Assembly: GCA_958009085.1 (NCBI GenBank)
Contig: OY253685.1
Span: forward strand, 496,001-560,000
Length of the DNA: 64,000 bases
Origin: Protoeuglena noctilucae
Lineage: Eukaryota
Reading direction: 5' to 3'
Numbering within the stretch: the stretch's first letter is position 1; each line of letters starts with the position of its first letter. The translations under genes and the position numbers were made by a program. Positions 13,001-26,197 of this stretch are shown piece after piece. The notes beneath the pieces were generated by a model. The model was not told where the DNA came from. It saw only the letters and a list, made by a program, of their open reading frames with translations, and did not search any database.

Positions 13001-16000
13001 GTGGGTGTCGCCATGCACGCCCAGGCTGCGCAGCCACATATCACCCGCACGGGCGGATTTGAACAGGGAGAAGAGCTCGGGGGGGAATTGCCTGCGTGGG
13101 GGGAGAGCGATTGGAGATGAGAGGTGAGAGAGTGAGGATAGCAGTGAGGGTGGGAGTGAGTGTGTGTGATGGGAACAGCGAAAAAAGCTCGGGGGGGAAT
13201 TGCCTGCGTGGGTGGGGAATGAGGGTGGGGGTGGTAGTGGGGGTGGCAATGAGTATGGGAGTGAGGGTAAGGCATTTCCTGCAAAGGTCAGCGTGCCTCG
13301 CTACTCTCTCCCATCCCCCCCTTAACCCCTCGCCTGTTCAGCTCCGCTTCCTCCGGCACTCGCTTCCTCAACACCAACACACAATGCTATGTACCATTAC
13401 TATTCATAACATCCACACCCCGCTTGCCTGTTCAGCTCCGCCTCCTCCGGCACCCTCTTCTCTTTACTCAACACCAGCACGTCCCGTTGCACCCCCAGCC
13501 CCGACGCCGCCGCCGCCCTTTCCACGATCTTTTTCGGCGGGTCCCGCGCCGCCGCCAGGATTCGATCCCCCAACCCCGCGAGCACCTGGGATACGGGCAG
13601 CTCGACCGGGGGTATCTCTCCCGATGACCGCAGCCGCCTCTCCTCGTCTGGCCCTTTCAGCTCCGCCCATATGTGGCGCCGCACCAGTCGCACCAACAGC
13701 TCGTCGAAGTCGGGGGAGCTGGGTGGGGTGGGAGTGATGTGAGGCAATGATAGTGCTAATTGGGAAGTCGATTAATACTCTGACGACAGCCCACCGCTCC
13801 CCACCCACAATCATCACCCATCCTCACCCCGACACTCCCACTCATCAACCCCATCCCTCATCACCCATCATCAAACCCAACACTCGCACTCATTACTAGT
13901 CACCCCTCTCCACTCACCCCGGCGCCGGCACCGCCTCCCTCGGGTGCTCCTGCCCCACAAACACCGTCCCCGTCAGCTCCCTCAGCAGCAGCTGCCCCTC
14001 CGCCTGCCTTACGAGCAGAAAGTCTCTATCAGCCTCATGTGCACAAGCGGGGCATTCAAACAGATTCGTCTCAAACGCCAGAAGGGAATCTCCCGGGTCC
14101 AGTCTGGCGCCCTGAAAGGGGACGTCGCTGTCCTGTTTGTCTTTGGGGGGATCGACGGGCACCACCTCGCCGACCCTCCAGCGCGGGTGGGGCGGCGGCT
14201 TGCCGGTGCGGGGGTCGCCCTGGGTCAGGAACTTGTGAGACGTGTCCTGTGGTTAGGGGAGAGGGAATTTGAAATTTTGAATGTTACTGGAAGGTGGGAT
14301 GAGTCAGGGACTTGTGGGACGTGTCCTGGGGGATGAGGGGGGATGGGGAATTCGGATGTTGGGTTTTGAATGGAGAGAGAGGGTGGGGTGAGAGTTGGGG
14401 AGTTGTGGGGGGTGTCCTGGGGGGGTGGGGAAGAGGGGTGGAAGTGGAGAGGTGTGGCAGGGTGGAGGGTTGCGTGTGATTGCAGCCAAGAGGAGCTTTG
14501 CATATCGAGCACAACACCACCCCAGCCACCCCAGCCTCATCACATCACCCCTTACCCCACTCCTACCAACACCCCACCCCCACCCCAACGAGGTCCCCCC
14601 ATTGATCCCCACCTGCGCATCCCTTTTCTGGTAGAACGTCACCAGCCTGGCCCCCATGCCGTCGTCCTGCAGCAGTGGCGGCCTCTCCTCTAGATACTCG
14701 ACCGCTATGAAGTGACCCGGCTTGCGCGCAAGCAAGTCCCTTCGCCTCTTAAACGCCCCCGGTGGCTTGACCGGCTCATTGCTGGTAGCGTCAGGCAGCT
14801 TCGCCAGTTCGTGGGAATTGAGGGGGAGCACGAGCGTGTTGACGATGAACAGCACGCGGGAAGGACAGTGGGAGAGGAGCGTGGTGGGCTGGAGCGTGAG
14901 CAGGCGAGAGGGGGTGGCGCGGGTGGTGGTAGCAGTGGCGTTGGTGGTGGTGGTGGTGGTGCGGGTAGCAGTGGTGGTGGTAACAGTGGGCTTGCTGCCG
15001 GCTTTGGGCTGCGTTGCGCTGGGTTTGGAGGAGGGAGCGGGAGGTGGGGCGAGGGCGGAGCGGTCCCGGGGGTCCCAGACCTGGGGGAAAGGTGGGGTTT
15101 GGGGTGGGGTGGCGAGGGGTGGTGACGTAAGGTGGGGTGTGAGATGGGTAGGGTTATGGTGGTAAGGGACTTGCCAGCATCCAACCTCTTCACCCATCCC
15201 TTCCCATTCAGAACCCACTCATCCACCCATCTCTCCCCCTCATCTCCTCTCATCTCACCTAACACAGGTCACACAGCATACAGCATATCACCATATCTCA
15301 TCTGATTCTATCCTATAGCATATCATCTGAAACAGCGTCTTGGGCCCCGCCTCAAAGAACGGCGGCACCCCCCATCACCTTATCTTATCTCATCTCATCC
15401 TTATCTTCTATTCCCCTATCCTATCCAATCACCTGGAACAGCGTCTTGGGCCCCGCCTCGAAGAACGGCGGCACCCCCGGGATCGCCCTCCCCTGCACGA
15501 ACCTCTGCCTCCCGTGCTGCACCTTTCGCTTGAACAGATAGTCGAGAGATGCGGTGACATCGATGTCGTCCAGTCGGAGGGCCGTGGAGGGGCCGTAGGG
15601 GGACAGGACGATGAGGGAGGAGGTGACTGGGGGGGATGGGGGGGGTGGGGGTGGGTGAGTGAGAGAGGTGGGTTGGGGTGAGATGGGGTGAATGAGTGAG
15701 TGAATGACGGTGATGGTAAGGGAGGAGGTAAGTTCGGGTGGTGAGTGCAGCACCCTCCTTCACCCTTTCACCACCCAACCCTCACCCCCGCACACGCCAC
15801 CCTCCCCACAACAACGCACCCTCACCCTTAGACAACCCCCACACTTACATATGATACGCAGTAACTATACTAACATAGTACTACTCCACATAATACTACC
15901 AGCACCGACCCCTATCCCTCTCACCCTTCCCTGGCTTGTCACCCTTGCCCGCCTTCCCCGCCCGGGGCTCCGGCTCCCTCAGCCCCGCGTACGCACACAG

Positions 16001-19000
16001 GTGCCGCGTGGGGTGGTGGAACCTCCCGGGCTGGTACTCTGCGTCGGGCACCGTCGCAAGCGCAGCCACGGTAGTCGCGAATGCCACGGCCGAGTGCGCG
16101 GGGCGCGGGCGGCCCAGCACGGGCGCCAGGTCCGCGTATGCGTCGTTGGAAAGTGCCAGAAACGGTGCCAGATCCCTTTCGATCGGGTCATCCGGGACCG
16201 GCCGGTGCGCGAACGCGGTGTAGGGTACCGGTTTCGGCTGCTCCACCACCGCTGCGGGTGCCATTCCCAGTGCCTCGCGCCAAGCGGCGTCTGTCAGCAG
16301 CGCAGACGGCGCTGTGGCGGGTGCAGTGGCGGTGGCTGGGGGTGGGGCGTCGAGCGGTGAGAGCCAGGCGGTGGATGGGTCTGAGAGGGCGGCGGCTATC
16401 GAGGTGTCCAGGGTGTGAAGTGCGGTGGGGGAGAGGGGGGCGTGGCGCTCCCATGGGTCCGGGGAGGGGGGGCGGAAGGGCGGGGCGGGGGCGGTGAGGG
16501 GGAGGTCGGTTGGGAGCGCGAAGGGGCGCGTGGTAGCGAGGGGCTGCGGGGGCGGGGGAGGGGTGGTGAGTTGCGTTAGGGTAGAGCGCGTCGGGTAGTT
16601 GAGGGGTAGATGACGGGAATGGTGAGGATGCATGCTAAATAATTTCTGGTGTCGAACAACCAACCTAGCGCACGCTATGGCAGTCACTGCCACTCGCCTG
16701 TAAGGGTTCGACTCTGAGCATGACAACTTACAACCAGCACACACACTTACCACATATATGTCGCATGTCACCTGTAAGGGTTCGAGCCTGAGCATGGCAG
16801 GCACCGTCGCCGCCCGCTCCGCCGCTGCCTTGGCCATTGCCTCTGCCGCTCCCTCATCCGCATCCCCAAGCGTCCCAGGCACGACAGGCACGCTCAGCCA
16901 TCGCTTAGCAACAGCCCCATTCTCCACAACACCAACCCCATTCTCCTCTCCCGCACCCACTGTGCCCACCGCACCCATCCCAGCCCCATTCGCATCCCCG
17001 CCCACACTCCCAGTCGCCCCGCCCATCGCTGGCGCCCCGCCCACTGTCAAAGCTCCATCCGAAAACGTGACGTGGGGCTTCGCTTGCGACAAAGCACGAT
17101 CGCTGAGTTTGAGTGCCCCCGCCTCGGCCTTCGACACGGCCCCCACTGGCGCCCTGACTCCGCCAGCCACCTCCGTGTCAGAATCGTCCCTATCCTCCTC
17201 CTCGGCGATCCGCGTGGTTGCGTGTACCCCGTTCAACACCTGCAGCTCACCGACAGCAGGTGGCATGTCATGTGTGTCGCAACACTTTACGACTTGCGCT
17301 GGCGAAACGGCCCATGCAACGCCAGCTACCCGACAGTGACATGGTAATACTGCTCGACAGCATGGGCATGCAAACACCACGAAACGTCAAAGCACGTTTC
17401 GCGAATCACGTCAAGCACCCTCACAGCCACTCTCGTGCCCCGCATGACCTTCCCTCACCTCCCTCCTCGCCCCCCTCTCCAGCTGCACGACCCCCTCCCA
17501 CGCCTCCATCGCCACAGGCGCAAACGCCTCGCGCCCCCACTCCTCATCTCCCAACCCCGCACCCGCACCCTGTTCGCCCCCCACCCCGCCCTCGGCCCCC
17601 AGCCGCCCGCTCTCCACCGCCTCCCGCCACCGCGCCTCTTCCGCCCTCTTCCTCCTCTGCACAAACCACGCGTCCCCGCGCAGCTCCGCCCCCAGCCGCT
17701 CCACCCCCCGCCCAATCTCCCGCACATCCGCCTCATCCAGCCCCTGCCCCGATAACAGAAAGGCACTCTCGTCATCCCCATCCATGTCCTCCGCACCCCC
17801 GCGCCGCGCCTCCCGCTCCGCAAGCGCCTCCCGCGCCGCCCGCGACGCCGCTGCCGTCTTCGCGACCGCCTGCCTCGTCCGTTCTTCCCAGTCCAGCGAC
17901 GCCTGGACTGGCACCGGCGCGCCAGAATCGGGGCGGGGGCCCTTGGCGGTAAAAGTGAAATCGACGTAGAATTCGGACTGGCCAAAGTCGGGGTATTTGA
18001 TGGCGTCGAACTCCACGAAAGAGATCAGGGCGCGGGGGCCCGGGGTGAGCACGCTGCGGGAGTGGGGTGATGGGTGGGGGTTGGGGTGAGGGGTGGTGGG
18101 AGAGGGGGAGGTGTGAGGGGTGAGTGAGTGGAAAGGATGGTGTGGGTGGTGGCGAGGGGGTAGCTGAGGGGGTGTGGTGGTGAGGGTGGGCTGCCAACTT
18201 GGGTGGTGTGGCGTGACGTGCAGTTGCGTGCTATGGGGTGTGATGCTATGCCATGGCTTTCACATCCCCACCACTGCGATTTCACGCACCGGATGGGCCT
18301 GGCGGGGACCCGGGTCTCCGGCTTCGGTTTGGGCCTTGGCGCCAGCGATGGCGTGGGCTGCCCCTCCAACTCCGCTGCCAGCTCCCGGTCCAGGTCGATG
18401 TCCCCTGAGTCAGGTTCCGCGCGGCTCGGCTCCGTCTGCACGCGCGGGCGAGGCGCCGGGCGCGCGCCGGGCGCGGGGTTGGCCTGCGGCGGGATGCCAG
18501 GGTAGGCGGGCACAGAGGGGCCTTGGGGAGGGATGCCGCCCGACGGTCGGTCCACCGCGGCCGGAGCGGGCGCCGATGGTCCCGCATCATCTCCGTCGCT
18601 TTCGTCGTAGTCGTCGGCCTCCACTTTGCGCCCGTGATCTCGTGCGACGGCGGGGATCGCAGCGGGCGCGGAAAACGGGTCGGCCGGTGCCTGGGTCGAC
18701 GGCGCAGCGGGGGGCGCGCGAGGCCTTTTCATGACGTTGTCAAGCAGCTCCTCGTCCGAGCTACTGAAATCCTGCGGGACGTGGGGGTCGTGAAAGCGGT
18801 AAAGGCACAGCAAGGGAAGCTGCAGCGTCCCCGCACGTCACGCGCAGCCCCGTCACGGCGATTGCTGCCACATGCTCCATGATGTACGATTGTCTCGCAA
18901 TCACGGTCCCCAGTTGGCGTTCTCCACGGCGCGGCGCGGCTCCAGCCGGGCAGTCCCAGCAAAAGGGTCAGCGTGCGCGCAGGCCGCGGGTTCCACGGAT

Positions 19001-19421
19001 CCTCCGTAGAACCCTACACCTCGTTTGGACTATGAAGCAGCGTTGCGCAACGTGCAGGCCCTCTCACCTGCTCCTTCGGCGGCAGTTTCCGCATCGCCTC
19101 CCTGATGGCCTCGGCCAAGTCTTGCCGCAGCGCCTCCGGGAGCTCGTCCTTCTCAAGCGGCACATCGCCTTTGTCCTCTTCGTTTTCATCGTCGCTCGCG
19201 GTACGCTTTGGCGGCTCAAAAATGACGTTGTGGACGTCATCTTGGACGTCATCGTCGTCCTGCGCGGGGGCGGACGACGGGGGCCGTCGCGCGGGGGCGA
19301 TGGCGCGCCTTCACGCGAGGTGGTGCAATGACCAGTTTCCTCTCGCATTCAGCAAGGGTCATGTGGGCTCCCGCGTCCAAGATAGCTCGCGCACCTTGGA
19401 CGGCACCATGGACGGCACCAT
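7029..19421 (-). CDS. TAF1: TFIID subunit 1 (TAF1/HAF) with DUF3591 core, one divergent bromodomain and a C-terminal CW-type zinc finger
   Basis: DUF3591 motifs: VEYLEERPPLLQDDGMGARLVTFYQKR (~14620-14710), AFETNLFECP...DFLLVR...LRELTGTVFVGQEHP (~13920-14090), LTPWSTTSAFV...GDPTGKGLGYAFV (~12280-12400), AGTEADYRSKSMAQLRELL...GRWQMV (~11840-11980). Bromodomain exons at ~9010-9160, 8616-8748 and 8300-8482. Acidic tail ends at 7029. Start at 19421 inferred from splice logic. Confidence 0.88.
10068..10395 (-). repeat. 99-bp tandem repeat containing a TAF1 exon end and donor site
   Basis: cttcaccttgatggcttcgatctcgatggggttggt occurs at 10152, 10251 and 10350, with a partial copy at ~10068. Confidence 0.95.
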
Positions 19422-19877
19422 GGATGCTCCCAGCGTCGCGACAGCCGGCCGGGCCCCGCTCGAGACGACCGCCTCAGATCATCTGCTTTGTCATGCACAA
19501 GATGCGCGATCCACACCCCGCCCCTGCGTCGCGAGGGCCACCGGGGCACGCCGGGTGGACGGAACCGTCAAGAACGGCGCCTCTGGGGTCGCGATGCGCG
19601 GCGTGGACCGGGCACCCTTGTCTTCAGCGCCACGCAATGGAACAGCAGCGCTCAGCGGGAAGCGAGAAGGCCCAGAGGGTCGAGTCAGCTGGCTGGCAAG
19701 GTCTGGCACGTGGGAATTCACCCAGATCGGCGTCGCATGGCAGGCCATTGCTATATCTCTGCCTCTCACTGGGCATAAGGACTCCCGCGCGTGGGTCGCG
19801 CACCTCCCCTCGTCGCCCAGGGGCTTCTTGATTCCAGACAGGAGGCAGGGACAGAGCCGTGCGAGCTCGAGGTGGAG
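19422..19877. promoter_or_regulatory. Putative bidirectional promoter between TAF1 and SEC12
   Basis: The two inferred start codons are head-to-head and about 456 bp apart. No specific motif identified. Confidence 0.4.
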
Positions 19878-22807
19878 ATGCCGGCTATCCGCGAGGGTCC
19901 TCGGTAAGTACCGCATGCTCTCCTGCCAGCGCTGTCCTTCTGCGCCCTTGCCTGGCGCTCTTTCTCCTCGCATCAGATGCACGCCTGGCTTGGTGCCGCT
20001 GGTGATCGTCCCCTAGGCTTTTCGCGAATGGCAACCTTGACATGGTCATCGCAACAAGCTGTACGACATGCTTTCGCGTTGCTTCGTGGACTGCATCGCT
20101 GCGGCTCGCGACCGCAGGACCAAACGCGTGGCGTGCCCGATTCTCGCGGCGGGATGGGTCTCCGACTCCCTCATCGCTGTGGGTGGTGGCGGTGGTAAGG
20201 CGAAATCCGGCATCCCCAACCGCGTGATGCTCTGCGGGTTCTCGAGGTGACGGCAGGGCCGACAGCGTGCGCGTCGCTCGCTTTTGCCCTCGCCCGCCCC
20301 GGCTGGCCGTCCACGCCCGCGATGCTCCTTCCCGCAGAGACCAACTCTCCGCTCCGGTGGCCCACGCCGACCTGGATGACGCCGCCGTGGCCCTGTGCGC
20401 GCTGCGGGACGGCCCTTTGCCCCACCTGCTGGTCGCCCTGGAGGGCGGTGGTATCGTCAAGCTGGAAATCAAACATGACATGAGCGGACCTCCTGCAGTG
20501 AGGGTGGTACCCGGGTGAGCCCGCGGTGCTGGGGCTGTGGCTCTCAGCGCCCTGACAGGCCCTCGCTCGATTACCGCTGCCGCGTGCATTGCACCCAGGC
20601 CAGCCTGTGCCATATATACAACCGTCTCGTTTCTGACAATGAACGATAATGACTTAGATCCCCATCGCAGAGTGGGCGAGGCGTCGAGTGACTCCACGGC
20701 CCCCCTGCACTCAGCGCAACTGGGCCGCGCCAACGTGCTTCGTGCTTCGGACTCGGGGGACCACGTGGCCGTCGGGCACCTGAACCCGGAGCTGGACGAG
20801 GAGAAGAGCTACCTCACAGGTGGGCTGTATATGCACTGTGCTTGAGGTGTGCCACACAAGCTATGGTCGACCTCACAGGTGTGCTGTAGATGCATATGCA
20901 TGTGCTTGATGTGACTGGATGCTCCACGCTTTCTGGTCGACCTCACAGGTGCATGATACTACACACTCTCATGTTTGCCACACACCCTCTCGATCAGATC
21001 GACTGACCATACCCAAGCTATGCTGAACCTGTGTCCATTTCTCCCACCTCTCTTCCCCATCACCCGCAGTGTTGAACCGCAACCTGTCCCGCGTGGGCCG
21101 CATGAGTGGCCTGGTCGCCGGCGAGGTCAAAGACGTCGACTTCTGCCCCTGCCCCGCCTTGGGCCCCGATCACGAGTCGCTGATGGCAGTGGTGGATGAG
21201 GAGAACGCGTGTCATGTTGTCGACTGGCGCACGGGGGGGGACATCAGGGCACGCGTGTCGTTGCAAAACACACCGGTGAGGCCAGGGGGGTATGCAGGAG
21301 ATGCACTGCTAGTTCGGACACTCACACCTTCTCTTCTGAACCCCCAAGCTCCTCAACTTCACGTCTATGGGCAGCATCCACGTCTCTTCCTCTCTCACCC
21401 ATCTCCCCTCTCCTCATCTCCCCAGCTCTCATCGGGCAGCATCCGTCGCGTCAAATTCTCCCGCGCATCGCCATCCCCGCTCCTCTTGGCCCTGGTGGTG
21501 GCCCAGCGCCGCACTTACCTGGCCCGTTTCGCATTGGAGAGGTACCCGGGGTCCAAAGACGTCAAAGTGGCGTTCGTGGGGTCGAGTAGGGTGGTGGATG
21601 ATATCGCGACGTCGTTTGACGTCGGGAGGGGGGACGACAGCGCCGCGTTTGGGACGGCCGAGGGGGAGGTGTTCGTGTTCAGGTGCGTGGGTGTTCCTTG
21701 GTGCGATGTGTTGCAATGAGTCGTGCGTAAATGTGATGCCACGTGGCGGGTGGGACCCAGGTCACTTCAACCAACGCAGCACGTGGCACGCGCTGTTGGG
21801 GCGAGGGCACAGCACAGAAGTGCACAGCACGTTGGCAGCCTGCTACATGCTACCCACATCACAGGCTCTGCACCTCTAACACTCCCTCTTTTCACGACCC
21901 CCGCAGGCACGTTTCCGTCAATCGCATGAGTCAGGCGTACCGCCGGCGCCACCACATGGGCATCGTGACGTGCACGACCCTGTCCCCCGACAGCCGCACT
22001 GCCATGACGGCATCCGTCGACGCATTCCTCTCCTGCACACGCATGCCGGGGCACGCCACGGGGCTCGTCTCCAGGGCTACTCTGCTGGTGAGCAGCTTAA
22101 GCTGCCGCACACGTTCGTCAGTCCAAGGCAACGCTGTTAATCAGCAATTACAGCTGCCGTGCGCTCCTGTCAACTGTGCAAGACTTGTAGCAACATAGGT
22201 AGATAAAATGACCTCCCGTTCCTTCCCTCCTTTTTCTCAGATCACGCTCCTCGTCCTGCTTTCCACGGTCGCCCTCCTCGCCCACCTCGAGCACCGGAGC
22301 CTCATCACCCTGGGCCCCATCGCGGTCGCCAAGCTACTCCCCATCGCCGCCATCGCTCAGCACCTCCCGCCATCCCTCGCCGTCGCCATCCGCGACCTCT
22401 TCCCATCCCTGCTGCCACCCACCGCCTCACCGCCCGCACCCGCACCCGCACCCGTGCCCGCACCTGTGCCAGCCCCTGCTCCAGCCCCTGCTCCAGCCCC
22501 CGTGCCATCTCCCGCTCCCGCACCGGCCCCGATCCCCTCTCCCCCCCCGGCGCCCGCCCCACCCGTCGAATCTCCCTCACACATGCCCATGCCTGGTGTC
22601 CCTGCACCAGGGCCCGCCCCTCCCATGCCTCCCATGGACGCTACGCTCCAGCCGCAGGCGGCGTCAGTAGACCCGGCAGCGGCGCAAGGCTCGCCGGCAG
22701 CTGCTGGGGGGTCACCTGCACCGGCGGCGGCTGCGGGTGCTGCGGGGGGTGCGGGCGGAGGTGGGGACGCGGGGGTTGCTGGTGGCGTGGCGCGTGATGA
22801 GCTATGA
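19878..22807 (+). CDS. SEC12: SEC12/PREB-like Sar1 guanine-nucleotide exchange factor (WD40 propeller, TM helix, Pro/Ala-rich luminal tail)
   Basis: K-loop-type motif IAVGGGGGKAKSGIPN (~20173-20220), GEVKDVDF, HMGIVTCTTLSPDSRTAMTASVD, then TM ITLLVLLSTVALLA (~22241) and a PAPAP-rich tail. First exon MPAIREGPR at 19878 splices in frame. Confidence 0.85.
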
Positions 22808-23076
22808 TATGATCGGGGGCGTTTAGTAAGAGCTGGGGCTTGTTAGTAACGGGGTTTGCACGTTGCCTGTCGCCGGCTCTAGTGCACTCTCCATTGAAAG
22901 CTTGTCGTGACTTTTGAACAACTGGCTTCGGTACAATGGGAGTGGGATTGCGAAACGACAGGTTCTGGTGAATCGTCACCAACTGTGCTGCTGGAGCTGC
23001 TGGGGCGGGGTGTCTGTCCTACAAACTGCACAAGTGGCATACATGCATTGGCATGCATTTGTACGGAGCAGTATCG

Positions 23077-24342
23077 TCATCCCGACGTGTATGACAAGGG
23101 TACTTGGACCAAAAGGAACACATTGAGGGCCAGGATGATGGCGATGACGACCCAAGAGATGATTGACAGCGTGCGACTGTTGCGGAACGCGCCCATGTGC
23201 TTTGCGCTCCCCGTGAAGTGGCATATGGGTATGACGACCACCGGGAGCGTCAGGGACAGGAAAACCTGGCTCAGCACTGCGGGGGCGGGCGTGTGGGTAG
23301 CTGACTGGCTGTCCCACTTAGTGACTCACCCAGTAGTGTGTTGCACCCAGTGTAATAGCGTATGGACCTCTGCAACTGATTCATAGCGCATTGCAACCCT
23401 TGCAACTAATGACTCACCCAGTAGCGTGTTGACGGCCTTGTCCCCCGCCAGCCCCGCCACGAGCGCGGCCGGCACGATCGACAGCAGGCGCGTGGCCAGC
23501 CGCCGCACCCAGGGCTTCAGCCGGAACTCCGTGAACCCCTCCATCACGATTTGACCCGCGAGGGGTGCCCGTGATGGTGCTGCTCTGGCCCGATGCCAGC
23601 AGCCCGATTGCGAAGACCGTCGACGCGGCGCGATCACCGATGGACGGGGAGAGAAGGTGGTAGGCGTCCGCAATCCCTGCAAAAGTGCAGATCAACACAG
23701 GGGTGCGATGGGGGGGGGTGGGTGGAATGAGATCAGGGCGTGTGGGGCAGTGTTGATGATGTGAGTGGGGCGAGCTCGAGGGCGCCAAGTCGACAGCATA
23801 CGTCAATGAGTCCTGTAGACGGTGCGAATCCAGGTAGTGCGTTAATGCTTTAAGTAGCTGCTTTACCACCACATCATGGCTGCCATGGTACCGTTTGGTT
23901 GCGGCAGCGTGTGCGCATCTCACCGGCCACGCTTGTGTTGTCGGTGCGATAGTGGAAGGCGGTGGCGGCGACGGCGAGGATCATCGAGTTGATGAAGAAC
24001 GCCAGTCCCAGGGACAGGTTCGAATCCCAGGTGCCGAAGCGAATGGCGTGACGCTTGCCCTCGGTGGTGCGGGGGTAGGCGTGTGACGTGGTATCGAAAC
24101 GTGCTGTGGTGTACCATCACTATATATACAATGAACGCGGTGCGCTCGGCACACGGGGCGCACCTTCCGTCCATAGCGATGGGCGCCTTCTCCACAGCCT
24201 GGTCCAGGGTGTTCCCGCCGGGAGTGTCCACATTGTGCCACGTGGACGGCAGCGACGACAGCCAGTCCTCTGGGTCGACCTCTGCCACGGTTGCATCCGA
24301 GCTCTCGTCCTCGGCTCGATGAGACTTCAACCAGCTCGCCAT
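23077..24342 (-). pseudogene. NRAMP: NRAMP/MntH-family metal transporter, truncated and frameshifted
   Basis: C-terminal half is clear ([64 protein letters not shown]). An extra C at ~23562 (GGCACCCCTCGCG) shifts the frame inside the transport motif. TM1-6, including DPGN and MPHN, were not found between the presumed first exon (24342-~24163) and ~24080. Confidence 0.8.
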
Positions 24343-25243
24343 CGCGTGCCAGGCGCGCGCCCAGCGGCACCCTGCAGCGATGCAAGGGTGGGGGCTGATG
24401 CGAGCGGCGCCGGACAGCTTAGCCATGACCAGGCCGCGTTAACAACATGCTAATATTGCAGCGGGGTGGGGAAGGAATTAGCCAGGGTTGCGTGCCCCCA
24501 TCTGCACGCTGCCGAGGCTGAGATTGCGCGCGCCGCCTGGCAGCCACTTGACGGCGCAGCTGGGCACCCGCTCCGAGACGTCTTCGAATTGCACTGCGCC
24601 AAAGTCAATCGCAGTTACCTTGCTGCGCTTGACCGCGTGAATTCGAGAATTATCTTGATTACCTTGCTCCGAGGCCAATCGGGAGTGTGCCCTGCAGCCT
24701 CTTGGAGCTCTAACGACGCGGCATGCTGCGCTGTTGTGTAAGCAGAGCCAACTCTCCTTCAACTTGTCACCCACGGGGGGCTCGAGCGTGTCGCGCGCCT
24801 AAGGCGCGCTCAGAGCACACGCTGCGCGTGTGCCGAGCGGATGGCTCGAGTCGCTGCACGATTCGCGGGGAAAATGACACTTTCACGACAAATATCATCA
24901 TTTGAACATGATATTGTCTCGGGAACGTCATGCATACTCCCCATCGCGCGTCTTGGGGATCACAGTGTGCGCGTGAGGAGCAGGCCGCGTCGCTCGTCGC
25001 ACCCCGCGGCCATCTCGACATCAACCCACCACCTTGACTCTCTGCTACATGTAGCGCGACTCTCCGTGCAGCAAGCGGCGCAATCCAAGGATCGGCGGGC
25101 CCGTGTTCTGGCAATTTATGTTCACTGGCGCCTTTTGAACTCGCCACCTGTCAAAATCTGCCCATATATTTCACAGTAGTCTGCGTGATGGGCTTGCATG
25201 CGAGTAGGCAGCTAAACCTCTGAAAGCAGGGCCTGCGTTTGCC

Positions 25244-26197
25244 ATGCGCCTCGAGGTCCGCGGCCTGGCAAAGGACCACGCCGGGCAGGCTATCTTCCGC
25301 GATCTCTCGTTCAGCGTGGAGGAGGGGCAGGCAAGGATTCCCTCCTTTCGCCCAGCGATCCTGCGGCGTGAACATAGTGTGGGATTTGCACGGGCCGCTC
25401 CCGGCGCAGCGGCGACGAATGTTGACAACCACGTGTCCCCGATCTCCTTCAATGCAGATCCTTTTCATCACCGGGCCCAGCGGGACGGGGAAGACTACGC
25501 TGTTGAAGTGTTTGGCGTGCTTGGAGGCCCACCAAAAAGGGGACGTGTTTCTGCGAGGGAAGAGCGCGTCCTCGTTACCAGTACCTCAGTGGAGAGCGGA
25601 GGTCACGTACGTGCTGCAGGTGGGTGTCGTCCGCGCTTCCCCGCGGCCCCGACGGCGCACGAGGCACCTGTGCGCGGCACACGCCCGCGGGGACGCGGGG
25701 CGCGTTTCTGCCGGCAGGGCACGCCCGCCGGCTTCGTTTTCCACCAACGCATTGCGATAATGTCCGATCGCATGCCCGTCCCGCAGGCGCGCGTCGACCA
25801 TCCCGGGAATCCGCAGTCGAGCCTCGCCAAGGCGCTGGCGTTTAAGGCCCAGGCCGCGAGGCAGGTCCCGCGCGGCGACCTGCTTTCTCTGGCGGAGTCT
25901 CTTGGACTCTCCAAGCAGCTGCTGGAGCGCGACTGGGTGCAGCTCTCCGGCGGGGAGGCGCAGCGCGCGGCCCTCGCCATCGCGCTGGCGCTCAACCCTC
26001 AGGTTCTCCTGCTGGACGAGCCGACGAGCAGCTGCGACGAGGCGAGCGCCAAGAAGATCGAGGCGGCCGTTGCTGGCTTCGCGCGATCGTCCCGCTGCGC
26101 GGTTGTGTGGGTGACGCACAACCCGGAGCAGCCGGGGCGCGTCGGGGGCGAAATCCTCCGCCTCACGCCGCTCCACGGGGCGTCGTCCGCCGTGTGA
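25244..26197 (+). CDS. Stand-alone ABC ATPase, FetA(YbbL)/STAR1-like (ABCI), 3 exons
   Basis: Exons 25244-25330, 25458-25619 and ~25787-26197. Walker A GPSGTGKT, PQWRAEVTYVLQ, signature LSGGEAQR, Walker B LLLDEPTSSCD, H-loop WVTH. No TM domain. Confidence 0.88.
   Translation: MRLEVRGLAKDHAGQAIFRDLSFSVEEGQARIPSFRPAILRREHSVGFARAAPGAAATNVDNHVSPISFNADPFHHRAQRDGEDYAVEVFGVLGGPPKRGRVSAREERVLVTSTSVESGGHVRAAGGCRPRFPAAPTAHEAPVRGTRPRGRGARFCRQGTPAGFVFHQRIAIMSDRMPVPQARVDHPGNPQSSLAKALAFKAQAARQVPRGDLLSLAESLGLSKQLLERDWVQLSGGEAQRAALAIALALNPQVLLLDEPTSSCDEASAKKIEAAVAGFARSSRCAVVWVTHNPEQPGRVGGEILRLTPLHGASSAV

Noticed and set aside
24430..25240. Short ORFs between NRAMP and the ABC ATPase
   Set aside because: No recognisable motifs or consistent splice structure, and they do not supply the missing NRAMP N-terminal helices.
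26195..26197. In-frame TGA read as selenocysteine
   Set aside because: It lies in a non-catalytic linker and I cannot identify a SECIS element by eye; a normal stop or generic readthrough is more plausible.
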